A DNA stretch of 64,000 bases from Candidatus Peregrinibacteria bacterium (GCA_963708185.1 OY970195.1:1373034-1437033), one strand, 5' to 3'. Counted from the stretch's first letter, positions 18,886-29,207 are shown. A program made the numbers and translations. The notes: generated by a model not told the origin, from the letters alone.

Positions 18886-19368
18886 ATGAACGACATTTTT
18901 TTAAGTCTGGGATCGAACGTCGGTAACCGAGGGGCGAACCTCCAGACCGCTTTGGTGAATCTGGAGCAGTGGGAGGTTCGGGTGCTGCGGAGTTCTTCCA
19001 TTTACGAGACCGAGCCCTTCGGGAAGAAGGATCAGGGGAATTTTTTCAATCTTGCGGTTCAGGTTAAAACCGACCGGACGCCCGAAGACCTTTTGATGGT
19101 GCTTCATGCCATCGAGCGCAGCATGGGGAGGGAACGCAAGGAGCCGTGGGGGCCGCGCACCATAGACCTCGATATTCTTTTTTACGGCGATAAGGTCAAA
19201 AACGACGACCATCTCACCATTCCGCACCGCCATCTTGCTGATCGCAGGTTCGTCCTGGAGCCGCTCGCGGAGATAGCCCCGGGTTTTGTTCATCCTGTTC
19301 TCAAAAAAACCGTTGAGCAGCTCTTGAAGGAGTGCACGGATAAAGGTACAGTGACCCTGCTTTCTTAA
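18886..19368 (+). CDS. folK: 2-amino-4-hydroxy-6-hydroxymethyldihydropteridine diphosphokinase
   Basis: LSLGSNVG, WGPRTIDLDIL, IPH..L..RRFVLEPL; start ATG 18886. Confidence 0.95.
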   Translation: MNDIFLSLGSNVGNRGANLQTALVNLEQWEVRVLRSSSIYETEPFGKKDQGNFFNLAVQVKTDRTPEDLLMVLHAIERSMGRERKEPWGPRTIDLDILFYGDKVKNDDHLTIPHRHLADRRFVLEPLAEIAPGFVHPVLKKTVEQLLKECTDKGTVTLLS

Positions 19369-19378
19369 GTTTTTATCC

Positions 19379-20266
19379 ATGGACGCCGTCGTTCCAACCA
19401 TTGAATCTTTTCGCGACCATTTGAAGTTCCTTCGCAAGAAGTCACTGGAGATGCGCATCGAATTCCTGAAGATGACGAACAAAGCGCAGTTCGGGCATAC
19501 CGGGAGCGCTCTTTCGGCCGTGGATATCCTGGTGACGCTTTACTACGGGAAGTTCCATGACCGTCCGGTGATGCAGTTCGACCCGCAGAAACCCGGTTGG
19601 GACGGTCAGGATTATTTTATTCTTTCCAAAGGACATGCCTGCCCCGCTCTTTATGCCATTCTGGCGGATTTCGGTTTTTTCCCGAAAGAGGAACTTAACC
19701 ATCTTTTCCAGATGAACAGCCTGCTTCAGGGGCATCCGGTCAAGAAAATTCCCGGGATCGTCCTGAATGCCGGTTCACTGGCCCACGGATTTTCGGGGGC
19801 GCTGGGACTGGCCATGGTGCTGAAAGCCGAGAAGCATTACAACCGCGTGTTTTGCTTTATGGGTGACGGAGAGCTTCAGGAGGGCCAGGTGTGGGAGGCC
19901 GCCATGGCGGCGGCTCATTATAAACTGGATAACCTCGTCCTGCTCGTGGACGATAACGGTCTGCAGATCGAAGGTCCAACGCGTTCGGTCATGAACGTCG
20001 ATCCGATCGTGGACAAGTTTGAATCTTTCGGTTGGAAAACCGTGCCGGTCCGTGACGGTCATAATTTTGAGGAGCTGCTTTCCGGGCTGGAACGCGCGAT
20101 TGAGGTCCAACGAAGACCTTCAGTCGTCATTGCCCGTACCGTGAAAGGGAAAGGCGTCGGGTTCGCGGAAAACAAGTCTTTCTACCACGGCGTTCCCTTG
20201 AGCGACGAAGAGATGGCCGTTGCCATTCCGGCCCTGGAACAGGAGATGGCGCTTCTGGATTTGTAA
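19379..20266 (+). CDS. Transketolase N-terminal subunit
   Basis: LSKGH, LQGHP, GDGELQEG (ThDP motif), TVKGKG. Confidence 0.92.
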   Translation: MDAVVPTIESFRDHLKFLRKKSLEMRIEFLKMTNKAQFGHTGSALSAVDILVTLYYGKFHDRPVMQFDPQKPGWDGQDYFILSKGHACPALYAILADFGFFPKEELNHLFQMNSLLQGHPVKKIPGIVLNAGSLAHGFSGALGLAMVLKAEKHYNRVFCFMGDGELQEGQVWEAAMAAAHYKLDNLVLLVDDNGLQIEGPTRSVMNVDPIVDKFESFGWKTVPVRDGHNFEELLSGLERAIEVQRRPSVVIARTVKGKGVGFAENKSFYHGVPLSDEEMAVAIPALEQEMALLDL

Positions 20267-20275
20267 AAGCATGCT

Positions 20276-20797
20276 ATGGTTTTCGGTCCTTTCGTGTTTT
20301 ACGCGATCATCAAGACATTTTTCTTTTCGCCGTTTCTGGTGGACGGGATTTCGATGATGCCGACGCTCCATAACGGCGAGTTTTTCATGGTGGACCGTCT
20401 GACTTATCGCGAGTCCGATCCCCAACGCGACGATATTGTGGTGTTTTCTCTGGATGAAGCCCCGACGTATTACTACGTCAAAAGAGTGATCGGGCTTCCC
20501 GGAGATCACATTCATCTTGAAAAAGACGGCGTGTACCTCGTGGATCCGCGGACAGGCGTTCGCCACAGGCTCAGCGAACCGTTTGTTCTTTCCGATCCCA
20601 ATCCGCCCGATAAGTTTTTGTCCGACACCAATGAACTGGGGCAGGATTTTACCGTGCCGCAGGACAGTTATTTTGTCCTTGGAGACAACCGCGAGCACAG
20701 CAAAGATTCCAGATATTTTGCCAATCCGTTCATTCCGCGCAAGAATATCGTTGGGGAATTCGGTTTTGAAATCGACGACTTGGCGAAAATACTTTGA
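20276..20797 (+). CDS. lepB: Signal peptidase I
   Basis: GISMMPTL (Ser), VKRVIGLPGD (Lys), GDNREHSKDSR. Confidence 0.9.
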   Translation: MVFGPFVFYAIIKTFFFSPFLVDGISMMPTLHNGEFFMVDRLTYRESDPQRDDIVVFSLDEAPTYYYVKRVIGLPGDHIHLEKDGVYLVDPRTGVRHRLSEPFVLSDPNPPDKFLSDTNELGQDFTVPQDSYFVLGDNREHSKDSRYFANPFIPRKNIVGEFGFEIDDLAKIL

Positions 20798-20814
20798 AAT
20801 TTTATCAATTTTCC

Positions 20815-21372
20815 ATGAAAATCTTACGGACGACACTTTGCATTTTGGCGCTTTGCACCTATGCTGGGTGTACCGCCAATCAACCTTCAGCTTCAACCTT
20901 GTCCTACATCGCCAATTCTCAACAAACGGGGGAAATCTTTCAGACACAGCAGGCCGGTGATCCTGCTTCAGCAGCCGGCCGGCCCCAGCAGCTTCCAACA
21001 CAGCAGCTGACGGTCAGTACGCCGGACGGCGACGTTGCCTTCAGCGTGCAGGTGGCCAGGGACGAACAGACCAGGGCCGAGGGCCTGATGTACCGTCAGG
21101 ACATGCCCATGAACGAAGGCATGATTTTCCTTTTCGATAAAGAGCAGCCGTTAACCTTCTGGATGAAGAACACGCTCATTCCGCTTGATATGATTTACAT
21201 GGACAAGGACTGGAAAGTGGTTTCGATCCAGAAACAGGCCCAGCCATGCACGGCAGACCCCTGTGTTCTGTATCCTTCCATGCAAGATGCCCAATATGTG
21301 CTTGAAATTAACGGCGGTTTGAGTGATAAACTAGGAATACGACAGGGATCGATGATACAGTTCCAACCTTAA
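20815..21372 (+). CDS. DUF192 family lipoprotein
   Basis: Lipobox YAGC; GLMYR...GMIF...FWMKNTLIPLD...VLEINGG. Confidence 0.85.
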   Translation: MKILRTTLCILALCTYAGCTANQPSASTLSYIANSQQTGEIFQTQQAGDPASAAGRPQQLPTQQLTVSTPDGDVAFSVQVARDEQTRAEGLMYRQDMPMNEGMIFLFDKEQPLTFWMKNTLIPLDMIYMDKDWKVVSIQKQAQPCTADPCVLYPSMQDAQYVLEINGGLSDKLGIRQGSMIQFQP

Positions 21373-21393
21373 TGCGCCCAATGCGCGAAGAGT

Positions 21394-22356
21394 ATGACCT
21401 TAGGACTTTTTAACAAACCGGTCTATGACGAAGTGGCTTCAACGGCCAAGGCTTTTGGCGACGCCATGCTCAGGTTCGGTTCGAAGTACAAAAACGTGGT
21501 GGTGCTGGACGCCAATGCAGGCCGCTTTTTGAACCTGGGGGGTTTTGCCAGAGCGTTTCCTGACCGGTATTTCAATTTCGGCAACGCCGAATCCAATATG
21601 ATCGGCGCGGCCGCCGGATTTACCGTGCGCGGCAAGGTTCCTTTTCTCTGTTCATTTTCGATGTTCATTACCGGCCGCGCCTGGGAGCAGATCCGCAATG
21701 CCGTGGCCTACCCGCATTTGAACGTGAAGGTCGTGGGGGCGTTCAGCGGGATACTGTGCGGAGAAGACGGAGCAACGTACCAATCGCTTGAAGATATCGC
21801 CATCATGCGCGCCATTCCCAACATGAAGGTCGCGGCGCCGGCGGACGGCGTGGAAACCAAACAGGTTGTGGAAGCGAGCATGAACGACTACGGTCCTACC
21901 TACATCCGGCTCACGAACAAACCGACCATGAACCTGTATGACGAAACGCACGCTTTCCAGTTCGGGAAGAGTTCCATCTACAAGGCCGGCACCGATGTCT
22001 GCATTTTTTCCTGCGGCGACACTTTTCATTCCAGTCTGAAGGCTGCGGAAATGCTGGAACGCGACGGTGTTTCCACCATGGTCGTGAACGTTTCCTCTAT
22101 CAAGCCGATGGATGATAACCTCATCACCGAATGCGCCAAACAGGCTTCACATGTGGTGACGGTTGAAGACCATCAGATTACCGGAGGACTGGGTTCCGCC
22201 GTTTCCGAAGTTCTCAGTTCAAACTATCCCGTGAAAGTTACCCGGCTCGGGACGGACGGTTTCGGCGAATCGGGAAAATCCGCCGATCTGTACAGAAAAT
22301 ACCGGCTGGATCCACAGGGGATTTATGAGCAGGTCAAAGGTTTGCTTCAGCGCTAG
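21394..22356 (+). CDS. Transketolase C-terminal subunit
   Basis: AESNMIG, RAWEQIRN, EDGAT, VEDH..TGGLGSAV. Confidence 0.9.
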   Translation: MTLGLFNKPVYDEVASTAKAFGDAMLRFGSKYKNVVVLDANAGRFLNLGGFARAFPDRYFNFGNAESNMIGAAAGFTVRGKVPFLCSFSMFITGRAWEQIRNAVAYPHLNVKVVGAFSGILCGEDGATYQSLEDIAIMRAIPNMKVAAPADGVETKQVVEASMNDYGPTYIRLTNKPTMNLYDETHAFQFGKSSIYKAGTDVCIFSCGDTFHSSLKAAEMLERDGVSTMVVNVSSIKPMDDNLITECAKQASHVVTVEDHQITGGLGSAVSEVLSSNYPVKVTRLGTDGFGESGKSADLYRKYRLDPQGIYEQVKGLLQR

Positions 22357-22359
22357 CCA

Positions 22360-22948
22360 TCACTGTTCGACGGTCCAGGAAAGCTGTTCTTCATCATCGG
22401 CGTTTTGTGCTGAAGCGGATTTCTGGTTTTGAAGGTTCGCACGCACTTTCTCACTGATGTCGTTCGTCATGCCGGTCATGCGGTCATGATTGCCGGGAAG
22501 CTCGAACTCGAACCAGAATTTTCTAAAAACACTGCCGTTCGAAGGAGCCCCGAGAACTTTAAAAATACCTTTTCGCATGGCTTCCAGGATTCGGCGTTCC
22601 TTTTGAGGCTTCAATTCCATGAGTTTTCTGATCGTTTCGATGCTTTTTGGCGAAGGTTCGATTTCGTCGGCAAAATTTTTTTTTTTCTTCGTTGGGATCG
22701 AGTACTTTCATCACGTCCATTTCTCCCTTTATCAAGCGGCTGCCTTCGTCGCCGGCTGTCGTGATTTTGAGGTGGACCTCTTTCGTTGTCATGAAGAAGT
22801 CGTGGCCGTTCTGAGAATTCATGATTTTTTCGACCGGATCACCGAGTTTTTCAAACAATGACGCCAAAGCTTTTTGGAGGGCTTTTACTCCATGCCGTTC
22901 ACTGTATTCAATTCTTTCTTCCTGGCGGTTATGGCTTTCGGGAATCAT
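22360..22948 (-). pseudogene. Hypothetical gene split by a frameshift at an A11 tract (track ORFs 22559-22948 and 22360-22620)
   Basis: T11 at 22676-22686; removing one base joins ...DPNEEKK to NFADEIEPSPKSIETIRKLMELKPQ... Confidence 0.6.
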
Positions 22949-25485
22949 TTTTTCATTTTTTTATGCTTGTGTTTCGATGCAGGTTTTTTGGAACCTTTCG
23001 CCGGTTTTTTCATGTGAGGTTCGCACACCATGCCTTCGGGAATTTCCATGGGTTCGAACGGTCTTGTCCAGTGCCAGTTTTCGATTTCCGGCATGTCTTT
23101 GCCGTATTGAACGATGTATTTGGCGTGCTTGTCGAGCTCCTGCATGAAGTAGGCGGTAAGTTCGTCGGCCTTTTTTTTGAATTTTGGATTCTGTTTTGCG
23201 GCTTTTTCCAGGACGTCCATGCAGAGATGGTAGCGGTCGGTTTTGTTGACCACCATCATGTTGAACGGGGTGGTGGTGGTCCCTTCCTCTTCGTAGCCGT
23301 GGACGCTGATGCGGTCCATGGCATCGCGCCCGAAGATGAGTTTGCGGATGGCTTCGGGGTACCCGTGGAAGTTGTAGATGATGGGTTTGTCTTCGGTGAA
23401 GTAGCAGCAAAAATCTTCATGGCTCAGACTTAACGGGTGTTTTTCGTCGCCGACACCGAGTGCTGTAAGTTCGGAAACGTTGACGAAGCGGAGTTTGAGT
23501 TCCGGCATGAGTTTGCGCAAAAGCGAAATGGCGGCCATGGTTTCGTGGACGAGCGCGTCACCGGATGCGGCGAGCACGACGTCAGGATTCTTGGCACCTT
23601 CAGGATCGATCCAGTACCAGATTCCTACTCCGGTCTTGAGTTCTTCGCGGGCTTCGTCCAGGGTGAGCCATTGCGGCATGTACTGTTTGCCGGCCACGAT
23701 GACGTTGATGCTGTCCTTGCGCATGAAGCAGTCTTCCAGAATTACAAGCAACTGGTTGGCGTCGGCGGGGAAGTAAACGCTGCAGAATTTGCCGTGCTTT
23801 TCCAGAATGCTGCTGATAAAGCTCGGGTTCTGGTGGGAATAGCCGTTATGTTCCTGTCTCCAGCCTACGCTGGTGAGCAGGTAATTAAGCGCCGGTATTG
23901 GTTTTCTCCATGGAATGGCCTGGGACTGTTTGATGAATTTGGCGTACTGATCCACCATGCTTGAAATGATGGTGGCGAACGCTTCGTACGTGGCAAAGAT
24001 GCCGTAGCGGCCGGTGAGGGCGTAGCCCTGCATCCAACCCTGGAGGTTGTGTTCACTCAACACTTCCATGACGCGGCCTTCAGGTCCGATGTTTTCGTCC
24101 CAGTTGTGGAGCGGCCACATGAAGGCGCGTTTGGTGACTTCGAACAGCGCTCCGAACTTGTTGGATTCGGTTTCGTCCGGGCAGAAGAAGCGAAAATTTT
24201 TGTCCTTGGCCGAAGTCTTGAAAATGTCACGCATGTATTCCGCGCTGACTCCGGTGTTCCTCATCTGGGGTTCGCCGCGTTTGGTGAGGTAAACGCGGTA
24301 TTTTTTGAGGTCGGGGAGTTTGAGCTTTTTCATCATTTCTCCGCCGAGGGAGTATTTGTTCATGCCCATGCGAAGGTCTCCTTTTGGCACAAACTCAAGA
24401 ATTTCCGGAAGCGGGCAGCCGTGTGCGCTGACGAGCTCGGTGACTTTATAGCTTTCGAGCCATTTTTTGACGAGCTGAAAATGTTCGGGATTCTCCTTGG
24501 GATCGTTGATGGGGATGCCGTGGGAATGGTATGAACCTTCCACGCGGTGGCCGTCGGCACGTTTGATGCCGGTCCATCCTTTGAGCGAACGGAGGATGAT
24601 CATCGGCCAGCGCGGCTTGAGGAGAGGTTTTTTGGAACTGCGCGCTTTTTTCTGGATGGCGCGGATTCTCTGGTAGCAGTATTCAAGGGGCTGGATGAGT
24701 TTGCCGTAGACGTCTTCGTCGTAAGGGTCGCTGATGTCGACGATGAGCGGTTCATAGCCGTACCCGTTGAAAAGATCGATGAGTTCCTCGTTGCTCATGC
24801 TGGCGAAAATGGTCGGTCCGGTGATTTTGTAGCCGTTGGCGTGTAAAATGGGGAGAACGGCGCCGGAAGTTTTGGGATTGAGGTACTTGTTGGCGTGCCA
24901 TGCGGTAGCCATCGGTCCGGTTTCGGCTTCGCCGTCACCGACCACACAGGTGACAATGAGGTCCGGATTGTCGAGAACGGCTCCGAAGGAGGTCGAAAGG
25001 GAATACCCGAGTTCACCGCCTTCCACGATGGCGCCCGGAGTGCCCGGGTTCACGTGGCTTGGGAATCCGTCAGGCCAGCTGAACATTTTGATGAGCTTGC
25101 CGGTGCCTTCTTCGTCGCAGGTGAGTTCGGGGTAGTACTCCACCATCGTTTTTTCCGCGAAAACGTTCGAGATAACCGCCGGCGCACCGTGCCCCGGGCC
25201 CACCACGTACAGCATGGAGGGTTTGTGTTTGTAAATGAGATAGTCGAGGTTCGCGTAAATGAAGTTCAATCCCGGAACGGTTCCCCAGTGTCCGAGGATG
25301 CGGTCCTTGATGTGTTCGGTTTTCAGTTCTTCGCGAAGCAGGAAGTTGTCCTTGAGGTAGAGCTGTGCGGCACTGAGATAGTCCACGTAGCGGAGGTATT
25401 TTTTCATCCAGGCCACGGCGCGTTTATCCTGTGCGCTCAGGCCGGAAGCCTTGAAGACTTTGGTTCGGGGTGCTTTGTTTGCCAT
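22945..25485 (-). CDS. xfp: Xylulose-5-P/fructose-6-P phosphoketolase
   Basis: GHWGTVPGLN, EGGELGY, GDGEAETG, QEHNGYSHQ, EEGTTTTPF. Confidence 0.95.
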   Translation of the reverse strand: MANKAPRTKVFKASGLSAQDKRAVAWMKKYLRYVDYLSAAQLYLKDNFLLREELKTEHIKDRILGHWGTVPGLNFIYANLDYLIYKHKPSMLYVVGPGHGAPAVISNVFAEKTMVEYYPELTCDEEGTGKLIKMFSWPDGFPSHVNPGTPGAIVEGGELGYSLSTSFGAVLDNPDLIVTCVVGDGEAETGPMATAWHANKYLNPKTSGAVLPILHANGYKITGPTIFASMSNEELIDLFNGYGYEPLIVDISDPYDEDVYGKLIQPLEYCYQRIRAIQKKARSSKKPLLKPRWPMIILRSLKGWTGIKRADGHRVEGSYHSHGIPINDPKENPEHFQLVKKWLESYKVTELVSAHGCPLPEILEFVPKGDLRMGMNKYSLGGEMMKKLKLPDLKKYRVYLTKRGEPQMRNTGVSAEYMRDIFKTSAKDKNFRFFCPDETESNKFGALFEVTKRAFMWPLHNWDENIGPEGRVMEVLSEHNLQGWMQGYALTGRYGIFATYEAFATIISSMVDQYAKFIKQSQAIPWRKPIPALNYLLTSVGWRQEHNGYSHQNPSFISSILEKHGKFCSVYFPADANQLLVILEDCFMRKDSINVIVAGKQYMPQWLTLDEAREELKTGVGIWYWIDPEGAKNPDVVLAASGDALVHETMAAISLLRKLMPELKLRFVNVSELTALGVGDEKHPLSLSHEDFCCYFTEDKPIIYNFHGYPEAIRKLIFGRDAMDRISVHGYEEEGTTTTPFNMMVVNKTDRYHLCMDVLEKAAKQNPKFKKKADELTAYFMQELDKHAKYIVQYGKDMPEIENWHWTRPFEPMEIPEGMVCEPHMKKPAKGSKKPASKHKHKKMKK

Positions 25486-25512
25486 AATTTTGGTGTGGTT
25501 AAATTTTTTTGT

Positions 25513-26172
25513 TTATTGAAGGAAGTCATCCGCGATTTCGTCGTAGCTTTTGACGATGTGGTCCGCGCCCGCAGCGAGGAGTTTTTCACGCGGCGTGGTG
25601 GTGAGGAGGGCGATGCATTTCATGCCGGCGTTCTTGGCCGCTTCCACGCCGTTGACCGCGTCCTCGAAGACGATGCATTCCTCCGGCATGAGTTTGAGCT
25701 CTTCCGCGGCCTTGAGAAAAATGTCGGGCGCGGGTTTGGAGTTTTTGACGTCTTTGTTGGTGACGATATATTGAAAATATTCCTGGAGCCCGACATGATC
25801 AAGCAGGAGTTTTGCGGGTTCAATGTGGTTGCCGGTCGCCATGGCGATGCTCATGCCTTTGTTTTTTTGTTTTTTGAGGAACTGTTCGACGCCCGGCACG
25901 TTTTGGATGGGCGCGTCTTTGATGATCTTCATGTAGAGTTCTCTTTTTTCCGCCGAATACTGCTCTACCTGTTGGGGCGTGAGGGTGATGCCGTTTTCCT
26001 TGAAGAATTCGGGGAAGGTGCAGTGCGATCCTCGACCCGAATACCGGGCGTCGTCTTGAGGAGTGTATGTGAGACCGTGTTTTTTGAAGATTTCAGCAAA
26101 CGCTTGGGCGTGAAACTGCTGTGTCATTGTTACGGTGCCGTCGAGGTCGAAAATGAGTCCTTTGATAGCCAT
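25513..26172 (-). CDS. HAD superfamily phosphatase (beta-PGM-like)
   Basis: FDLDGT, KPAPDIF, FEDAVNGV. Confidence 0.9.
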   Translation of the reverse strand: MAIKGLIFDLDGTVTMTQQFHAQAFAEIFKKHGLTYTPQDDARYSGRGSHCTFPEFFKENGITLTPQQVEQYSAEKRELYMKIIKDAPIQNVPGVEQFLKKQKNKGMSIAMATGNHIEPAKLLLDHVGLQEYFQYIVTNKDVKNSKPAPDIFLKAAEELKLMPEECIVFEDAVNGVEAAKNAGMKCIALLTTTPREKLLAAGADHIVKSYDEIADDFLQ

Positions 26173-26278
26173 AATTTGTCTTTATTTTTTGTTATTACAT
26201 TATACCATAATATTTTATTTACGGCAATTTGTGCTATAGTGTGCGTGTCATTACTTTTTAATTTTTTTCCGGCACCCT

Positions 26279-26698
26279 ATGGAACGCAATATAGCTCAGG
26301 TCGTCCCGACTTTATCCGAAAGACTCACCGAAGAATCTCCTGAGCGAATGACCGTCCAAAGGACATTGATTGCTTTTCTAGCCGACCAGCTGGCGGAATG
26401 TGTTCCTCACCAGGAATACAATACGTATGCCTGTTTTGTCATTGATAAGATCAGCGAGCGCTATCAGCAGTGGTTTGAAGGATTCGTCAAACGCGCTGAC
26501 GCGACCGTTCAATCTTTCGTGAAAAAGTATCTTTATAATCCCTCGGCTTTGCTTGCCCAGATGTATCAGACGGAAGATTGTGAGCAGTTTGTCAGCAAGC
26601 TTGTCGCTGAATTTGTTGAATCTTTACGGCCAGATGAGGTTGAAAGAGCTTCCTACCTGACGTATGATGAAGTCCGTAAAGTTTTCGAAAACAGTTGA
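26279..26698 (+). CDS. Hypothetical protein
   Basis: ORF upstream of prs. Confidence 0.55.
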   Translation: MERNIAQVVPTLSERLTEESPERMTVQRTLIAFLADQLAECVPHQEYNTYACFVIDKISERYQQWFEGFVKRADATVQSFVKKYLYNPSALLAQMYQTEDCEQFVSKLVAEFVESLRPDEVERASYLTYDEVRKVFENS

Positions 26699-26708
26699 TA
26701 ACTTCCGT

Positions 26709-27647
26709 ATGGCACTTCCACTCAAACTTTTTTCAGGCTCCTCACATCCCGAACTGGCGCATGCCATTGCGAAGAACCTGCATATGAAGCTTTCGGAGAT
26801 GGAGTTGAAGCGTTTTGCCTGCAATGAAATTTACGCGAAACCGTTGGAAACTGTCCGCGGCTGTGACGTCTACATCGTCCAGACGGCTACGGCAAGCGTC
26901 AATGAGGATCTGATGGAGCTTTTCATCATGATCGATTCGCTCAAGCGGTCTTTCGCCGAAAGGATTCACGTGATTATTCCGCATTACGGTTACGCGCGTC
27001 AGGATCGTGTAGCGACGCCCCGCGAACCGATCAGTGCTAAGCTCGTGGCCAATCTTATTTCAGCCGCCGGCGCCGGTCACGTCATTACGATCAACCTGCA
27101 TTCCGACCAGGAGCAGGGTTTTTTCGACTTTCCGGTGGACAACCTCACGGCCAAGAAACTGTTCGTGGATTACTTCAAACGCAAGAAGCTCAAGGACCTT
27201 GTGGTGGTCGCACCGGACGCCGGCGCCGCCAAAGTCGCCAAGCGTTTTTCCGATACCATTGGTGCCGAACTCGCCATCATCCATAAAGTCAGACCGGAAC
27301 ACAACGTTGCCGAAGTACTGCATGTCGTGGGTGACGTTGCCGATAAAACCTGTCTTATTTTCGACGATCTTATCGATACAGCGGGAACCGTGATTGCAGG
27401 CAAAGAGGCGCTTTTGAAAAAAGGCGCTCGCGATGAAGTTTATCTCGTGGCAACCCATGCGGTGTTTTCACATCCGGCCGTAGAACGGCTTCGGGCAGCC
27501 AAGTTCAAGGAGGTCGTCGTGACTGATACGATTCCTCTTCCCAGAGACAAGATGTTCCCGGGGCTGAATATTCTTTCCGTTGCGCCACTTCTCGCAAAAA
27601 CGATTCGCAACGTTCACGAATCCAAATCCGTTTCATCTGTTTTTTAA
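26709..27647 (+). CDS. prs: Ribose-phosphate pyrophosphokinase
   Basis: YGYARQDR, VAPDAG, DDLIDTAGT; start ATG 26709. Confidence 0.95.
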   Translation: MALPLKLFSGSSHPELAHAIAKNLHMKLSEMELKRFACNEIYAKPLETVRGCDVYIVQTATASVNEDLMELFIMIDSLKRSFAERIHVIIPHYGYARQDRVATPREPISAKLVANLISAAGAGHVITINLHSDQEQGFFDFPVDNLTAKKLFVDYFKRKKLKDLVVVAPDAGAAKVAKRFSDTIGAELAIIHKVRPEHNVAEVLHVVGDVADKTCLIFDDLIDTAGTVIAGKEALLKKGARDEVYLVATHAVFSHPAVERLRAAKFKEVVVTDTIPLPRDKMFPGLNILSVAPLLAKTIRNVHESKSVSSVF

Positions 27648-27657
27648 TTTTTTCGTT

Positions 27658-27894
27658 ATGGACAACAATACTCAACAGACCGTTTATTTTGGCAGTGACG
27701 ACGATAGTCATGAGATCAAAAAACTTTTCAAGGAGTTCCTTGAAGAAAAGGGGATCAAGTTCGTGGATCTCGGCAAGTTCAAAGATGACGATACGGATTT
27801 TGCCATCATCAAGAGGGAACTCGGCGAAAAGGTCCGCGAGGAAACCAATCCACTTGGTGTTTTGATGTTCGGTAAGAAGAATAATATTTTATGA
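27658..27894 (+). CDS. Truncated or degenerate RpiB-like protein (78 aa)
   Basis: VYFGSDD..EIKKLFKEFLEEKG..FVDLG....TDF....LGVLMFG aligns with the RpiB N-half; catalytic CGTG is absent. Confidence 0.6.
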   Translation: MDNNTQQTVYFGSDDDSHEIKKLFKEFLEEKGIKFVDLGKFKDDDTDFAIIKRELGEKVREETNPLGVLMFGKKNNIL

Positions 27895-28574
27895 ACCTTA
27901 AAGAACAGGCAGCGGCGGAGGCTTTAAAGTACGTGAAAAGCGGTATGATTTTGGGGGTCGGCACGGGTTCGACGACCAGGTTTTTTACCCAAATGCTCGG
28001 CAAGGCTTTACAACAAGGCGAACTCAAAGACATCGTGGCCGTGCCGACTTCTGAAGACACCGCGGCACTGGTGCGTGAACTTGGTATTCCTTTGACGACG
28101 CTGGATGAGCATGACGCGCTTGACCTCGTGGTGGACGGCGCGGACGAAGTTGATCCCAGGCTGAATCTGATCAAGGGTCTGGGGAGAGCTTTGCTCCGTG
28201 AAAAAATTGTGGAGGTCCACGCCAAGCAGTTTGTCGTTATCGTGGATGAGTCCAAACTTGTCGATCGTCTGGGGCAACATGTGGCCTTGCCGGTGGAAAT
28301 CGTAAAATTCGCGGCGGGTGCCAACGTACGCTGGCTGAATTCCCTGGGCTGTGAAGCCAAACTGTTGCTGGAAGAAGACGGCAAACCCGCGGTGAGCGAT
28401 AACGGCAACTATTTTGCGCATTGTACGTTCAAGGACGGCATTGAGGACGCCAACATTCTGGCTTCGGAACTGGCACAGTGGCCGGGGATCGTTGAACACG
28501 GCCTCTTTTTGGATATGGCCAATGTGGTGATTGTGGGAACGGAAAAAGGTCCAAAGGTGATGATGAAAAAATAA
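27891..28574 (+). CDS. rpiA: Ribose-5-phosphate isomerase A
   Basis: GVGTGST, DGADEVD, IKGLG.ALLREKIV. Confidence 0.95.
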   Translation: MNLKEQAAAEALKYVKSGMILGVGTGSTTRFFTQMLGKALQQGELKDIVAVPTSEDTAALVRELGIPLTTLDEHDALDLVVDGADEVDPRLNLIKGLGRALLREKIVEVHAKQFVVIVDESKLVDRLGQHVALPVEIVKFAAGANVRWLNSLGCEAKLLLEEDGKPAVSDNGNYFAHCTFKDGIEDANILASELAQWPGIVEHGLFLDMANVVIVGTEKGPKVMMKK

Positions 28575-28663
28575 ATTCCGGAGTGATTTCAGGAAATCGT
28601 TGCTTGGCGGCTGGGCGAAAGGCCGTTTTTTTGTTATAATAGTGAGAAAATAAAAAATACATT

Positions 28664-29176
28664 ATGGACGAAAAATTTCATCTGCCGGCGGGATTGGACA
28701 AGCAAAAATCACTGCCAAAAGGGAGCGGCCGTTATCACCACAACGATCTGAAAGCGGAAAGGGTGGAGAACGCGGAAGCCGTCTATGGCATCCTCGAAGG
28801 GAAAGCCCGGCTGCAGAAAGAGGGAAAGGATTACGATTTTCAGGGCTGCTTGACGAATTTGTTGAGGATCGGCGCGCGCGGAGATGAAGCGGGTTTTGCC
28901 AAAAAGTACGCCCAGTATACAAAAAAATACCGTGATTTTCCCCAACGTCTCGCCAAGCGCCTCATTAACCAAAAAATGCGCTTTTCACTTGATAAAAACG
29001 GTCTTCCGGGAAACGAGCATGGGAAGACGCTCTGGACGGTCGTTTCCTGTGAAGACATAGAAAAAGGGTACGTTGATCCGGTTATTGATATCCGGGAAGA
29101 CGGTACGGGAAGAGAATACAGCCTTTTTCTGTTTCGGGTTCTGGGAAGTTTGGTCCACCCAAAACAAGGTTTTTAG
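28664..29176 (+). CDS. Hypothetical protein
   Basis: ORF between rpiA and rpe with its own TATAAT upstream. Confidence 0.55.
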   Translation: MDEKFHLPAGLDKQKSLPKGSGRYHHNDLKAERVENAEAVYGILEGKARLQKEGKDYDFQGCLTNLLRIGARGDEAGFAKKYAQYTKKYRDFPQRLAKRLINQKMRFSLDKNGLPGNEHGKTLWTVVSCEDIEKGYVDPVIDIREDGTGREYSLFLFRVLGSLVHPKQGF

Positions 29177-29207
29177 GGTATAATAGAGGCAACGATCACT
29201 TACCATC

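Noticed and set aside
19379-22356. Transketolase in two pieces separated by lepB and DUF192
   Set aside because: Two-subunit transketolases are common; both halves look intact and no mobile-element signature is visible.
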